Below are positions 18,880 through 29,054 of a stretch of 64,000 bases of DNA, in pieces; within the stretch, counting starts at the first letter, position 1, and every line of letters begins with the position of its first letter. Source of the stretch: Spirochaetia bacterium (GTDB lineage: Bacteria; Spirochaetota; Spirochaetia; UBA9216); NCBI GenBank assembly GCA_963677925.2, contig CAXXYH010000004.1:800001-864000 (forward strand), given 5' to 3'. A model generated the notes under the pieces. That model saw only the letters and a list, made by a program, of their open reading frames with translations, did no database searches and had not been told where the DNA came from. Position numbers and translations under genes: made by a program.

Positions 18880-20533
18880 TCTCAGCATAGCGGCGGTCTG
18901 CTGTGCCAAGCAGTCTTTTCAGCAGCAGTATAGCTGCGGCTGCGGCTGCCAGGGTAATTATCAGCCCGATTAAGACTACCGGAAGCCCCGCTAAATACAG
19001 GCCTGAGCCTACAGCTGCTCCTGCAATTGCCGGGAGCAGGCTCATCCCCATTCCGGCAAGTACATTCATATTCTGCTTCATTGCCTGCTGGGGATTGTCC
19101 CAGTTGAGTACCGGCCGTGAGAGATCTATTCCCAGACCAAGGGCAAATCCAATCATGATGAAGGCGGGGCCGCCGGGGAGCAGGTAAAGCAGGTGTGCGG
19201 CTGGAAACCTGAAAATTGCAAACATGATAATGATATTCAGAAGCCAGCTTCCGCAGAACAGGGCCAGCTGAAAGTACAGCTTTGCCAGCACCTGCTCTCT
19301 GCCGCTGACCGGAATGCTCTTGCTTAGATTAATGCTCCTTCCTTCACGGGAGATGCTTGTTGATGCGATGCTGTTTATTGTGCTGAAGAGTACCAGCGCT
19401 GCAAAAACCAGCAGAGGGGCGGCCGGGAAGCCGTTGAAAAACGGCATTATCTGGCTCATGTACTCATCGGGCATTGAAAAGCTGAAGACTATAAGGATGA
19501 TCGGCAGCACAAGCAGTTCTCCGGCCGCTTCAAAGAGAAATGTCGAGTTTGAACTGAGTATCCTCCACTCGCGCAGCATTAAGGCCGCCCCGGGGGTAGA
19601 ATGCTTCAGAAACTGAAGATGGTGCTTTTGTGTCGAACGGCTGTCTGCACGCCGCTTTTTCCGTACTGACGCGGTCTGTCCCGCACTTCGGAGTGCATTA
19701 AGAATCAGCCTGCTCATCAGAAGAAATACACCGCAGAATACAGCAGCTGAGGTTGCCGCATAGAGCAGTGCATAGAGAATGCTGCCCTTACCGATTGAAA
19801 CTGCTGCGAACCTTGAAATGAAGAAAGTCTTTTCAAGCATCCCGATATATCTGTTAAGAAGTGCTGCTATTGCCGCTGTGTCGCCTTCCATCAGCTGGCG
19901 GCTCCATAGCGTCTGTATGGCCACGATAAGGATAACCCCTGTCAGCATCCCCGCAATTTCCAGCAGGCTCTTGTGTTTACCTCTTCCGGACAGCTTCGAA
20001 AGGAGGGCTGCTGCCGCTGCTGCGATGCATATTGGAATAAGAGGCTGAAAGATTACAGTGAACAGTGCTGCCAGAATCGGCATAACGCCCGGGCCTGCCC
20101 ACTGCAGATATACAACTACTGCCGGTATGAAGAAAAATAGATTTATCGGCTGGGTAAAGATGTAGATGTAGGCCGACTTGGATATGATGATGTCGTATAC
20201 TGAAACCGGCAGGCTTAAAAGCAGACGGTTTTCCTTCGACTGAAAAAAGACAGACAGAGCTATTGGTACCGATACGAAGAAGAGCATGAATGAAGCTGCT
20301 GCAGATGCTACAAGCAGTACAGTTTCTGGCTTGCCTGCAATAACTCCTGCGGTCAGCATTGCCTGGTAGTTGCTTATCAGCATGAACATGAAAGTTCCCA
20401 GTCCGGAAAGCATACCAAGTCCTGCTATCGGTATCAGCCAGAGCCTGTCTTTCTCTTTCATCTGACGGAAGTATGCTTTTGAAAACATCCCCGATGAGAG
20501 GATGTTGGCTTTAATCAGTGCTGCTGTTTTCAT
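18866..20533 (-). CDS. Putative ABC transporter permease (many TM)
   Basis: Highly hydrophobic; LLSLPVS, SISREG, PVLNWDNP; follows an ATPase gene. Confidence 0.8.
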   Translation of the reverse strand: MKTAALIKANILSSGMFSKAYFRQMKEKDRLWLIPIAGLGMLSGLGTFMFMLISNYQAMLTAGVIAGKPETVLLVASAAASFMLFFVSVPIALSVFFQSKENRLLLSLPVSVYDIIISKSAYIYIFTQPINLFFFIPAVVVYLQWAGPGVMPILAALFTVIFQPLIPICIAAAAAALLSKLSGRGKHKSLLEIAGMLTGVILIVAIQTLWSRQLMEGDTAAIAALLNRYIGMLEKTFFISRFAAVSIGKGSILYALLYAATSAAVFCGVFLLMSRLILNALRSAGQTASVRKKRRADSRSTQKHHLQFLKHSTPGAALMLREWRILSSNSTFLFEAAGELLVLPIILIVFSFSMPDEYMSQIMPFFNGFPAAPLLVFAALVLFSTINSIASTSISREGRSINLSKSIPVSGREQVLAKLYFQLALFCGSWLLNIIIMFAIFRFPAAHLLYLLPGGPAFIMIGFALGLGIDLSRPVLNWDNPQQAMKQNMNVLAGMGMSLLPAIAGAAVGSGLYLAGLPVVLIGLIITLAAAAAAILLLKRLLGTADRRYAEIIPT

Positions 20534-21248
20534 TTGTAAGCTCCAGGAATATTTTTTCCAGAGTATCGCCGGGCTGCGCTCCGGCCTTTATTTCATCCAT
20601 GCGTCCAAGCGCCCGGATCTTTCCGTGGCTTATTATTCCTACCCGGTCGCAGATTCTTTCGGCTACTTCCATTACATGGGTTGAGAAGAATACCGTTTTG
20701 TCCAGATCGCAGAGTTCCCTCATTTTTGTTTTTAAAACGAAGGCCGACTGGGGATCGAGTCCTGAAATAGGCTCATCGAGTATAAACACTTCAGGTTCAT
20801 GCATGAGGGCTGCGGTTATTGAAAGTTTCTGCTTCATCCCGTGAGAGTATGATGAGATTAGCTCGGAAAGCTTGTCTTCAAGACCGAACTCAGCCGCTGT
20901 TCCGAGGGCTGCTTCTCTCTGTTTTTCATTGCAGTCATAAATATCAGCAATGAACTTGAGAAAGGTCAGGCCGCTCATTTTGTCATAGAATACCGGTTCA
21001 TCCGGTACGTATCCGATAAGCTTCTTTGCCTCAATGGGTTTTTGCACGATATCGATCCCGCAGAGTTTAAGGTTTCCGCTGTCAGGGTTCAGGAGGCCTG
21101 TAAGCATTTTAATTGTTGTTGATTTTCCTGCTCCGTTGGGGCCGAGAAAACCGAAAATCTGGCCCGGTTCAACTGTGAGATTCAGGCCGTCGACCGCTTT
21201 TACCGTGCCCTTTGAATAGCTTTTACTGATTTCATTGATTTCTATCAT
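20511..21248 (-). CDS. ABC transporter ATP-binding protein
   Basis: GPNGAGKST, YSHGMKQK, LDEPISGLDP. Confidence 0.9.
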   Translation of the reverse strand: MIEINEISKSYSKGTVKAVDGLNLTVEPGQIFGFLGPNGAGKSTTIKMLTGLLNPDSGNLKLCGIDIVQKPIEAKKLIGYVPDEPVFYDKMSGLTFLKFIADIYDCNEKQREAALGTAAEFGLEDKLSELISSYSHGMKQKLSITAALMHEPEVFILDEPISGLDPQSAFVLKTKMRELCDLDKTVFFSTHVMEVAERICDRVGIISHGKIRALGRMDEIKAGAQPGDTLEKIFLELTNENSSTD

Positions 21249-21301
21249 CTGATTACCTCGATTTTTGTGACATCCATAAATACATCTTTATTAATCATTT
21301 A

Positions 21302-21331
21302 TTCACAGAAAAGAAAAAATAAAGGTATAAT
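21302..21331 (+). promoter_or_regulatory. Sigma70-type promoter in front of the three-hairpin element and sbcDC
   Basis: TTCACA-N18-TATAAT; predicted start site about 21337. Confidence 0.55.
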
Positions 21332-21336
21332 AATGG

Positions 21337-21485
21337 AACGTCCCGTAAAACCCGGTTGGTTTTACTGGACGTTTTGAAGTAAAATTTTACATAAATATTT
21401 AAATTCCTGATTTATTTCAGCTTGTAAAATTTTCTTCATTTACATTAAGGTTGGAAAATCAAAAATTCCCGATTTTTGATTTTCC
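21337..21485 (+). repeat. Three-hairpin structured element, copy A
   Basis: 16-bp stem (15/16 paired) with loop CGGTT; T; TGAAG...CTTCA hairpin; linker TTTACATTAAGGT; perfect 14-bp stem with 5-nt loop. Confidence 0.8.
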
Positions 21486-21512
21486 CTAATTGAAAAAAAT
21501 CCGGAGCACCTA

Positions 21513-22772
21513 TTGAAGATTTTACATACGTCGGACTGGCATCTCGGTGCCAGGCTTGGAGATTACAGCAGGATAGATGAACAGAAAGAGGTCCTCGAAG
21601 AAATAAGGCATATTGCTGAACAGAATGATGTATCGCTGGTTATTGTTGCCGGTGATCTTTTTGATACCTTTAACCCCCCGGTTGAAGCTGCCGAACTGCT
21701 TTACCGGGAGCTGAAAAAGCTTTCCGATGACGGCAGACGGCCGGTAATTGCTATTGCGGGCAACCATGATTCACCAGACCGTATCGAGGCTCCGGACCCG
21801 CTTGCAGCCGAATGCGGTATATTCTTTGTCGGCTACCCCGAGATGCAGAAAAAAGAGACAGTACTCGAATGCGGTACGCGTATCAGCTTTCCCGATCGCG
21901 GAATCCTTGAAGTGGAAACTGCCGGCGGTGAAAAGGCACGGATCATTACTACAGCCTATGCGAATGAAAACAGGCTTCGAAGATATCTCGGTGCTGAAGA
22001 CCGTGAACAGAAAATTTCAGAGGTTCTCGGACAGCTCTGGAAGGAGCTTGCTGATAAGTACTGTGATGATAAGGCTGTAAATATTCTTGCAGCACATCTG
22101 TTTATGAGTGCAGTCTCGGAGATCGGACCGCTTTTCAGTGAAGAACTGCCGGAGAATCCCGAACCTGAGGGAGAGCGTTCAATCCTTCATCCCGGCGGGC
22201 TTGAAATGATTGACGCCGCTCTGGTGCCTCCGCAGATTCAGTACACAGCTCTCGGGCATCTTCACCGTTTCTCTGAGATTAATACGCCGTCCGGAGCACC
22301 GGCAGTGTATTCAGGCAGTCCGCTTGCTTTCGGACTCAGCGAGGAAAACCAGCAGAAGTATGCTGTCCTTGTAGATGTTATACCCGGTGCAAAGGCCGCA
22401 GTTGAAAAAATCCCTTTGAAATCGGGAAAGCGGATTCTCAGAAAGCGCTTCGCCGGAATAAGCGAGGCCGAGGAGTGGCTGAAGGAAAATCAGGACTGCT
22501 ATGTAGAGCTTATAGTACGCTGCGGTTCATGGATAAGCGCCGATGAGCGGAAGATGCTTTACGGACTGCACCCGGGAATTACTGCCTTGATTCCTGAACT
22601 TGAGAATGATGAAGACGGCGACACTCAGTATTCGGAAAGCCTTCCGGATCTTGGGAAATCTGTACCGGAACTTTTTGCTTCCTACTTTGAAGCGGTGAAG
22701 GGGAGTCCTCCCGACACTGCGCTGATGGCGCTTTTCGGTGAGCTTTCTTCTCTCGGGGAGGATGAGGAATGA
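21513..22772 (+). CDS. sbcD: Nuclease SbcCD subunit D
   Basis: HTSDWHLG, AGDLFD, AGNHDS, ALGHLH, YSGSP. Confidence 0.93.
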   Translation: MKILHTSDWHLGARLGDYSRIDEQKEVLEEIRHIAEQNDVSLVIVAGDLFDTFNPPVEAAELLYRELKKLSDDGRRPVIAIAGNHDSPDRIEAPDPLAAECGIFFVGYPEMQKKETVLECGTRISFPDRGILEVETAGGEKARIITTAYANENRLRRYLGAEDREQKISEVLGQLWKELADKYCDDKAVNILAAHLFMSAVSEIGPLFSEELPENPEPEGERSILHPGGLEMIDAALVPPQIQYTALGHLHRFSEINTPSGAPAVYSGSPLAFGLSEENQQKYAVLVDVIPGAKAAVEKIPLKSGKRILRKRFAGISEAEEWLKENQDCYVELIVRCGSWISADERKMLYGLHPGITALIPELENDEDGDTQYSESLPDLGKSVPELFASYFEAVKGSPPDTALMALFGELSSLGEDEE

Positions 22773-25700
22773 GACCTGAAAAACTTGTCCTTGAGGGTGT
22801 TTACTCCTACCGCAGCCGGACTGAAATCGATTTTACAAGCCTTACCGAGGCTGATCTGTTTGGTATATTCGGAAGTGTCGGCAGCGGAAAGTCGGCTATC
22901 CTTGAGGCGATAACCTTCGTCCTTTATGGAGAGATCTCTCGACTCGACAAGAAAAACCGTTACTACAATATGATGAACCTGCGGGCTGCTGTAATGGTTA
23001 TCGATTTTATTTTCTGTCATGAAGGCCGCCGTTACCGGTTTACATTCAATACTAAAAGGAACAAAAAAGATTTTGAAAAGATAGAAACCCCTGAGCGGGC
23101 GGGTTATAAGGATGACACCGGCGAATGGATTCCGCTTTTTGACAAGGATAATGAGGTTACAGCCGAAGGTATTCTCGGGATGAACTATGACAGCTTCCGA
23201 CGGGCGGTGATTGTTCCGCAGGGGCAGTTTCAGGAGTTCCTTCATCTGGGAAAAAATGAGCGGACCGGTATGCTTAAGGACCTTTTCAGCCTCGGCCGCT
23301 TCGACCTTTTCAGCAGGGCTTCAATACTTGCTTCCCGAACCAGCAAGGAAGCTGCTGGAATTGACGGTGCCCTCAGCGGCCTTGAAGGTGTATCCGAAGA
23401 GGAGCTGGAAAAACAGAAGGAAGAAGCTGCGGAAAACAGCAGAATGCTGGAAAAGGCACAGGTTGACTTTAAAAAAAGCAGTGATGCCTTTGAACGGATG
23501 AAGGGCCTTGCCGAGCGCTTCGCAGAGCTTTCGGGGTACGAGGCACAGAAGAAGGAGCTCGACTCCCGGGCGGCTGATATCGGTGAAGAGAAAAAGCTTG
23601 TTTCGGACTATCAGATCTATGTTGAATACTTTAAATCTGATCTTGAGCGTCTTGCATCTCTTGAAAAGGAGGAGGCTCAATCGGCTGAGCGGCTTTCGGA
23701 AACTGAGAAAGAACTGCAGAAAATATCAGCAGAAAAGCTGGAAGTAGATACAGCCTATGAAAAAGCAAGGGCGCAGTATGAGCAGCTTGATGACAATAAA
23801 AAGAAATCAGAGTGGTTTGTGGGGCTTCTTGAGCTTCAGCGCTTCAATGATGAGCTTGAAAAGCTTGATTCCGGTATATCGGAGGCTGAGAAATTTCCGG
23901 CGGAATCAGCTGCAAAACTGGCTGCTTTTAAGTCTGAACTTGATAATTTAAATCTTGAACTTGAAGATCTTCAGCAGTCCGGTACGGCCGAGCAGATGAG
24001 AGGCCTTGCTGAGTGGTATTCAAAAATGGATGCACTTAAAAGTACTGAAAGGGCTGTGCTTGAAAGACTTTCTGCGGTTGAAAAACGGCTGAAACTGGCG
24101 GAAGCTGAGTTATCCCGGATTCTGTCAGGGGAAGATGCAGTAAACTCAGGCTTTGATTTTTCAGAAGCTTCTTCATCTGATGAGGCGCTGTCTGCTGTCT
24201 CTGATGCAGAGGAGGTTCTATCCAGAGAGGACTTTGAACTGAGAGACAAACAAAAGGATGAGGCGGTCCGGAATGAGATGGCAAGACTCAGTTCATCACT
24301 TCATGATGGTAAACCCTGTCCTCTCTGCGGTTCAACTGAACATCCGGCTCCGGCTGGATTCTCCGAAGATGGCGGGGATAGCCTGACCTGGGCTTCAGAG
24401 GCTCTGAGCCGGCGAAGAGCCGCCCTTGAAAGGCTTAAAACTGAGTTGACCGCCCTGTATGCCACCCTCCGTGCAGCAGCGGCTTCTGCCGCCGAATGCC
24501 GCGGTGAAGCCGCTGCTGCATCGGCAGCTGTTCTTGATTTTAAGGCATCATTCAGTTCCGATAAATTCAGTGCTGCTGATCCTGATGATTTCCGTCAGGA
24601 GTACCGCAGGTTTCTCGATAATCAAAAACGGACCGAAGATATCAGACGTGCACAGTCCGGGATTAATGCTGAGATGGAGAAGCTTCGTTCCGAGGCTGAG
24701 GCCGCCGCCGGAAAACTTGCTGAGCTCAGGAATCGCCGGTCGGCAATGACAGCCCGAATTGAAAGTATTGAAGAAAGAATCGATTCCGATTTCATAGAAC
24801 AGTATTCCGCTTCGGGCCCGGAAGTGCTTCAGAAGCTGCAGAGAGCAAATGATGATAGCATTAAAAATATTTCGGATAATTACAGGCGGCTTTCTGAAAA
24901 ACGTGATTCCATGACTGCCATTGCAGCCGGACTTGAATCTAAAAAGAGAGAGCTGTCGGCCAGACTTGCTGAAACAGAGGCTGCAATATCGGAACTCAGG
25001 AAGAAAATAAATGAAATGCTTGAAGAGAAAAAGGCTGATTCAATTGATGATGTTTCTGCAACTCTCAGTCGAGCTTCTGAGATAGATGCAATAAGAAGCC
25101 GGGTTCGGGACTTTGAACAGGCTCTGCAGGAAGTTTCTGCAAGGATAGAACATCTGAAAGAAATCACAGAGGGCGCAAAATTTGATGAAGATGCTTTTCA
25201 GGCGGAGGGCAGGCGGAATGATGTTCTTAAGCAGGAGGTTCAGAGACTGTCGGGTGAAGCCGGGCGCTATGAGTCCGAGCTTAAAAGAGCCGCTGCCGAC
25301 CTTGAGAAAAAGAATGAGCTTATGAAGCAGAAAAAAGAGCTTGATACACGGACTGAAAATCTGAAATTACTGAAGTTTATGCTTCAGGGAAATAAATTTG
25401 TCGATTTTGTTGCGACGGTCTACCTCAAGGAACTCTGCAATTCTGCAAACAGCCGCTTTCGCATTCTGACCCGAGAATCGCTTCGGATTGAGCTTGATGA
25501 ATCAAATAACTTTATCATACGCGATTATCTTAATGATGGAAAAACAAGATCTGTAAAAACCCTTTCCGGCGGTCAGACTTTTCAGGCGGCTTTTTCTCTT
25601 GCACTCGCTCTTGCCGACAACATGGAGAAGGGTAAGGCTGAGTTCTTCTTTCTTGATGAGGGCTTCGGATCTCTGGACAGGGAGTCACTTGAACTTGTTT

Positions 25701-25849
25701 TTGACAGCCTTAAATCGCTTAAGCATGAAAACAGGACTGTAGGTGTGATTTCACACGTACAGGAGCTTAAGCAGGAAATAGATACATTCATTACAGTAAC
25801 AAAAAACGGAGAAGAAGGCAGTTTCATTGAAAACAGCTGGGATCTCTGA
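22769..25849 (+). CDS. sbcC: Nuclease SbcCD subunit C (SMC-like ATPase)
   Basis: GSVGSGKS, long coiled coils, zinc hook CPLCG, LSGGQ, FLDEGFGSLD. Confidence 0.93.
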   Translation: MRPEKLVLEGVYSYRSRTEIDFTSLTEADLFGIFGSVGSGKSAILEAITFVLYGEISRLDKKNRYYNMMNLRAAVMVIDFIFCHEGRRYRFTFNTKRNKKDFEKIETPERAGYKDDTGEWIPLFDKDNEVTAEGILGMNYDSFRRAVIVPQGQFQEFLHLGKNERTGMLKDLFSLGRFDLFSRASILASRTSKEAAGIDGALSGLEGVSEEELEKQKEEAAENSRMLEKAQVDFKKSSDAFERMKGLAERFAELSGYEAQKKELDSRAADIGEEKKLVSDYQIYVEYFKSDLERLASLEKEEAQSAERLSETEKELQKISAEKLEVDTAYEKARAQYEQLDDNKKKSEWFVGLLELQRFNDELEKLDSGISEAEKFPAESAAKLAAFKSELDNLNLELEDLQQSGTAEQMRGLAEWYSKMDALKSTERAVLERLSAVEKRLKLAEAELSRILSGEDAVNSGFDFSEASSSDEALSAVSDAEEVLSREDFELRDKQKDEAVRNEMARLSSSLHDGKPCPLCGSTEHPAPAGFSEDGGDSLTWASEALSRRRAALERLKTELTALYATLRAAAASAAECRGEAAAASAAVLDFKASFSSDKFSAADPDDFRQEYRRFLDNQKRTEDIRRAQSGINAEMEKLRSEAEAAAGKLAELRNRRSAMTARIESIEERIDSDFIEQYSASGPEVLQKLQRANDDSIKNISDNYRRLSEKRDSMTAIAAGLESKKRELSARLAETEAAISELRKKINEMLEEKKADSIDDVSATLSRASEIDAIRSRVRDFEQALQEVSARIEHLKEITEGAKFDEDAFQAEGRRNDVLKQEVQRLSGEAGRYESELKRAAADLEKKNELMKQKKELDTRTENLKLLKFMLQGNKFVDFVATVYLKELCNSANSRFRILTRESLRIELDESNNFIIRDYLNDGKTRSVKTLSGGQTFQAAFSLALALADNMEKGKAEFFFLDEGFGSLDRESLELVFDSLKSLKHENRTVGVISHVQELKQEIDTFITVTKNGEEGSFIENSWDL

Positions 25850-25862
25850 CATGGAGGATGAA

Positions 25863-26297
25863 ATGCATCAGGACGAAGGACATTACGCCGGAAAACATCC
25901 GGACAAATCAGCCTTGAATGAGCGGATTGCTGAAGTGCTGAAGGCAGAAGCCGAAAATGGACGGTTAAGCTGTACTGCAGCCCACCGGATTGCGTCGGAA
26001 CTGGGTGTGAGCCCTGCTGAAACCGGCAGGAACATGGATCTTCTCGAGATCAGAATTACTGGCTGTCAGCTTGGACTGTTCGGCAAAGATAAGGATGAGG
26101 TTGATAAAACCCTGCCTTCTGAGGATGATGTGGATGTACTCAAAGAAATAATTGAGGAGGACTCACGCAACGGAGGAATAAGCTGCCGTACTCTCTGGAC
26201 GGCTGCCGAAAAAGCCGGTTCTACCAAGGCTCAGGCTGCGGCTGTCTGTGATTTGATGTCTATTAAGATACACAGCTGCCAGCTGGGCGCATTTTAG
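25863..26297 (+). CDS. Hypothetical protein with two tandem C...CQLG-x-F repeats
   Basis: NGRLSC...GCQLGLF and NGGISC...SCQLGAF; GGAGG before ATG 25863. Confidence 0.7.
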   Translation: MHQDEGHYAGKHPDKSALNERIAEVLKAEAENGRLSCTAAHRIASELGVSPAETGRNMDLLEIRITGCQLGLFGKDKDEVDKTLPSEDDVDVLKEIIEEDSRNGGISCRTLWTAAEKAGSTKAQAAAVCDLMSIKIHSCQLGAF

Positions 26298-26304
26298 AAT
26301 ATCA

Positions 26305-26345
26305 GGGGGCAGCTTTTTTGCGGCTGCCTCCCTCCCTATCTTTTT
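26305..26345. terminator. Terminator between convergent genes
   Basis: GGGGGCAGC/GCTGCCTCC stem. Confidence 0.5.
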
Positions 26346-27279
26346 AAGCCTTATTTTTAAAGTTCGTAAGGCTGTAGGCAAAATCCTTGAATATAGCCCT
26401 GTCAAGTTTTCCCTGATCAACATCCTTCTTTATCAGCTCAAGCGCGTTAAGCGGGCTAAGCGCTGTCCTGTAAGGCCTGTCGTCATTGGTAATAGCTTCA
26501 TAACAATCGATAATAGCCAGAACCCTTCCCATATATGAGATGTCAGTTTTCCCTTCAGGATATCCGGAGCCGTCCAGCTTTTCATGGTGCTCCTTGCTGG
26601 CAAGTGCAATCTCGGAGAAATCCTCATCGGAATAAAGCTGAAGGATCTCAAAGCCGAGGGTCGTATGGGATTTGATCTTGTCAAATTCTTCATCAGTGAG
26701 TCTTCGGCTGGCCTTGAGGATGTAATTCGGAACCTCAGTCTTTCCAACATCATGAAGCAGGGCTGCCAGGCCGAGTTTTTTGGTTTCCTCTTCTGTAAGC
26801 GAAATGTAGTAACAGTATCCCACTGTCAGCGCCATAACATTGACTGAATGCAGAGCGGTTGTGTAGTCGTTGAAGGACATTCTTGCGAAATTCTTGAGGA
26901 CATTGGGCTGTAATGAAAAACCATCGATAAGATGGTTAACCGTATTCGGAGCCCGTTTAAGACCTCCGGCCCTTGGGGCTGCCAGTGTTTCCTCTACAAG
27001 ATCAACAAGGGAATCCTTTACTGTTGTGATGTCTTTGGTTGTTTCAAGTTTCTTTTGAAATCCGCGCTGAGCTGCTTCAATACTTTCCAGTCTGTTGTCG
27101 GGGTGTATGAAGAACTCGTCGATTGCGTATTTTCTTTCCAGGCTTTCGTGGGTAAACGACATTCCTGCCGGCTTGTACAATGTTATGTTTCCGCTTGGTG
27201 TTCGGTAATACAGCGGAATATCATCATAGTAGAGCAGATGACTTTTGCGGGCCGGTATCCATTTTTTTGGTGCAGACAT
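26344..27279 (-). CDS. HD-GYP domain phosphodiesterase
   Basis: HSVNV, LLHDVGK, HHEKLDGSGYP, DRPYR. Confidence 0.9.
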   Translation of the reverse strand: MSAPKKWIPARKSHLLYYDDIPLYYRTPSGNITLYKPAGMSFTHESLERKYAIDEFFIHPDNRLESIEAAQRGFQKKLETTKDITTVKDSLVDLVEETLAAPRAGGLKRAPNTVNHLIDGFSLQPNVLKNFARMSFNDYTTALHSVNVMALTVGYCYYISLTEEETKKLGLAALLHDVGKTEVPNYILKASRRLTDEEFDKIKSHTTLGFEILQLYSDEDFSEIALASKEHHEKLDGSGYPEGKTDISYMGRVLAIIDCYEAITNDDRPYRTALSPLNALELIKKDVDQGKLDRAIFKDFAYSLTNFKNKA

Positions 27280-27375
27280 GATCAGCTATCTCCAGATTGA
27301 CAGATTAGGTCGTAATTATATTCCTGATAATTTCGAAATTCAATCTTTTTACTTTTTTTTAACACTATTGTGGTA

Positions 27376-28614
27376 TCAGTATACCGGAAACAAATTGAAG
27401 AAACCATCCCCTATGCTGCCCGGGATCAGATTGGATAGATGGCCGCTTGTCCTTCCGCATTTGCTGTACAGCAGGGCGGACATGTTTTCGGTTGAATTGA
27501 TAAAAGAATCAGGATAGTTCCTTTCAAAAGTTTCGACAAAACCGGCTTCATAGGGTCTGGCTGATGTCATTCGTACATAGAGAAAGGTTTTAAAATAGTC
27601 GTTGATATCCTCAAAGGGCTGCTGCAGTATGTAAGCCATAAACTCGTTTACCAGCAGGTAGTCATTGCTCACGTCGTATCCCCGGTAATCGAGAAGCTTT
27701 TTCCAGAAGGTGATTTCATCCGGATGCATGCTGAAGAAAATCCTCTCTGACTGTGCTCTGAAATCAGGATCGGAAAAGAAGATTCCGTGCAGACATTCAT
27801 GGGTTAAAAAGCGGTAGCGCCAGTCCGGGAGTGATTCTCTTGAAACAGACAGCACAGCACCCTTTCCTCCGCTGTATTTTTCATTCTGCACGTTCAGTAT
27901 GCCTTCTGAGACAAGCAGGTCGCGGAGGTATATCTCTTCGCTGTTAAGTACTTCCGGTGTTTCCATAGCCATGTTGAAAAAATCAGCCAGATCCTCGGGG
28001 CGGTAATCATGTGCATTCCAGCCGTGACGGCCTTCGAGCCCCTCGTTTGAGACAATGGTTCCAACGAAACCCGGCTTTTCCACGAAGAAGGCCAGACGCT
28101 TAAAGAGCCTTGCCTGTGCTTCATAGTTCCAGGTATCAAAAATCAGTATGTCAGGGTAAAGGTTCCAGCGGTACACCTCCCAGTCATGTCCGCCGCGCGG
28201 AGCAAAATCCGAGAAAATTATATGTCCTATATCGGCATCCAGCGGTGTTTCACTGTCAATATCGAATACCTCTGATGAGATTAGATCAAACTCTGATTCT
28301 GTACTCTGTATCTCAACTCTATCAGGGAAAAACCCTAGCAGAGAAGGGTATAGAGAAATTTTTACCGGCCTGCTGCCTGAGGAAAAAGATGCGGTATATG
28401 ACTGAGTCTCCGAGAATGCTTTCAGCTCCCCTGTACCGTTTAATAAAAGATTCAGCCCCTTATTATTATCGTCGCCGGTAGAGACTATTACCCGGGTAAG
28501 ATCCCTGTTTTTGATTATTAGGGTTCCGGAATTACCGGCTGCGGATACTGAAGCAGAGCAAGTAAGCAGTAAGACTAAACTGAAAAAAAATGCAGACAAT
28601 CTCGGCGCATTCAT
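27376..28614 (-). CDS. Secreted hypothetical protein with HExxH motif
   Basis: Signal peptide; FLTHECLHG and downstream NEFMAY. Confidence 0.65.
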   Translation of the reverse strand: MNAPRLSAFFFSLVLLLTCSASVSAAGNSGTLIIKNRDLTRVIVSTGDDNNKGLNLLLNGTGELKAFSETQSYTASFSSGSRPVKISLYPSLLGFFPDRVEIQSTESEFDLISSEVFDIDSETPLDADIGHIIFSDFAPRGGHDWEVYRWNLYPDILIFDTWNYEAQARLFKRLAFFVEKPGFVGTIVSNEGLEGRHGWNAHDYRPEDLADFFNMAMETPEVLNSEEIYLRDLLVSEGILNVQNEKYSGGKGAVLSVSRESLPDWRYRFLTHECLHGIFFSDPDFRAQSERIFFSMHPDEITFWKKLLDYRGYDVSNDYLLVNEFMAYILQQPFEDINDYFKTFLYVRMTSARPYEAGFVETFERNYPDSFINSTENMSALLYSKCGRTSGHLSNLIPGSIGDGFFNLFPVY

Positions 28615-28684
28615 ATAATCTGTATATTATCATTTATTGCGATCAGATAACAGTGTATATATACTTTAAACGGAGGGTTTAAAA

Positions 28685-29041
28685 ATGGATATCAAAATGA
28701 AGAAATATCTCGATATACTCAAAATCGAGCTGGAAGATCTGATATATGACATCGAATTCAATGAAGAAAATATGAAACGCCGGTTTGATGAACACGAAAT
28801 AACCGAATATGTTTTTCTTGAGAATACCAGCCTTCTGAAAAGGGAAGTTCTCGGAATTGAGAATGTTACTAAAGCTGTGGAAAAAGCCAAGGCTGAAAGT
28901 GAAAATGTTTCAGAGCTCAGGGCATACATCGAGAACTACTTTATTAATGAAATGAAAGCTGCCGGACTCCCCGGTGCTGTCAGACTTCTTGTCGAGCGCA
29001 AGCTTGAAAAGATTGCGACCTATATGGAGCTTGAAGACTGA
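28685..29041 (+). CDS. Hypothetical protein
   Basis: 118-aa ORF with GGAGG RBS, directly upstream of cysQ. Confidence 0.7.
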   Translation: MDIKMKKYLDILKIELEDLIYDIEFNEENMKRRFDEHEITEYVFLENTSLLKREVLGIENVTKAVEKAKAESENVSELRAYIENYFINEMKAAGLPGAVRLLVERKLEKIATYMELED

Positions 29042-29054
29042 TATTTCTTAATTC

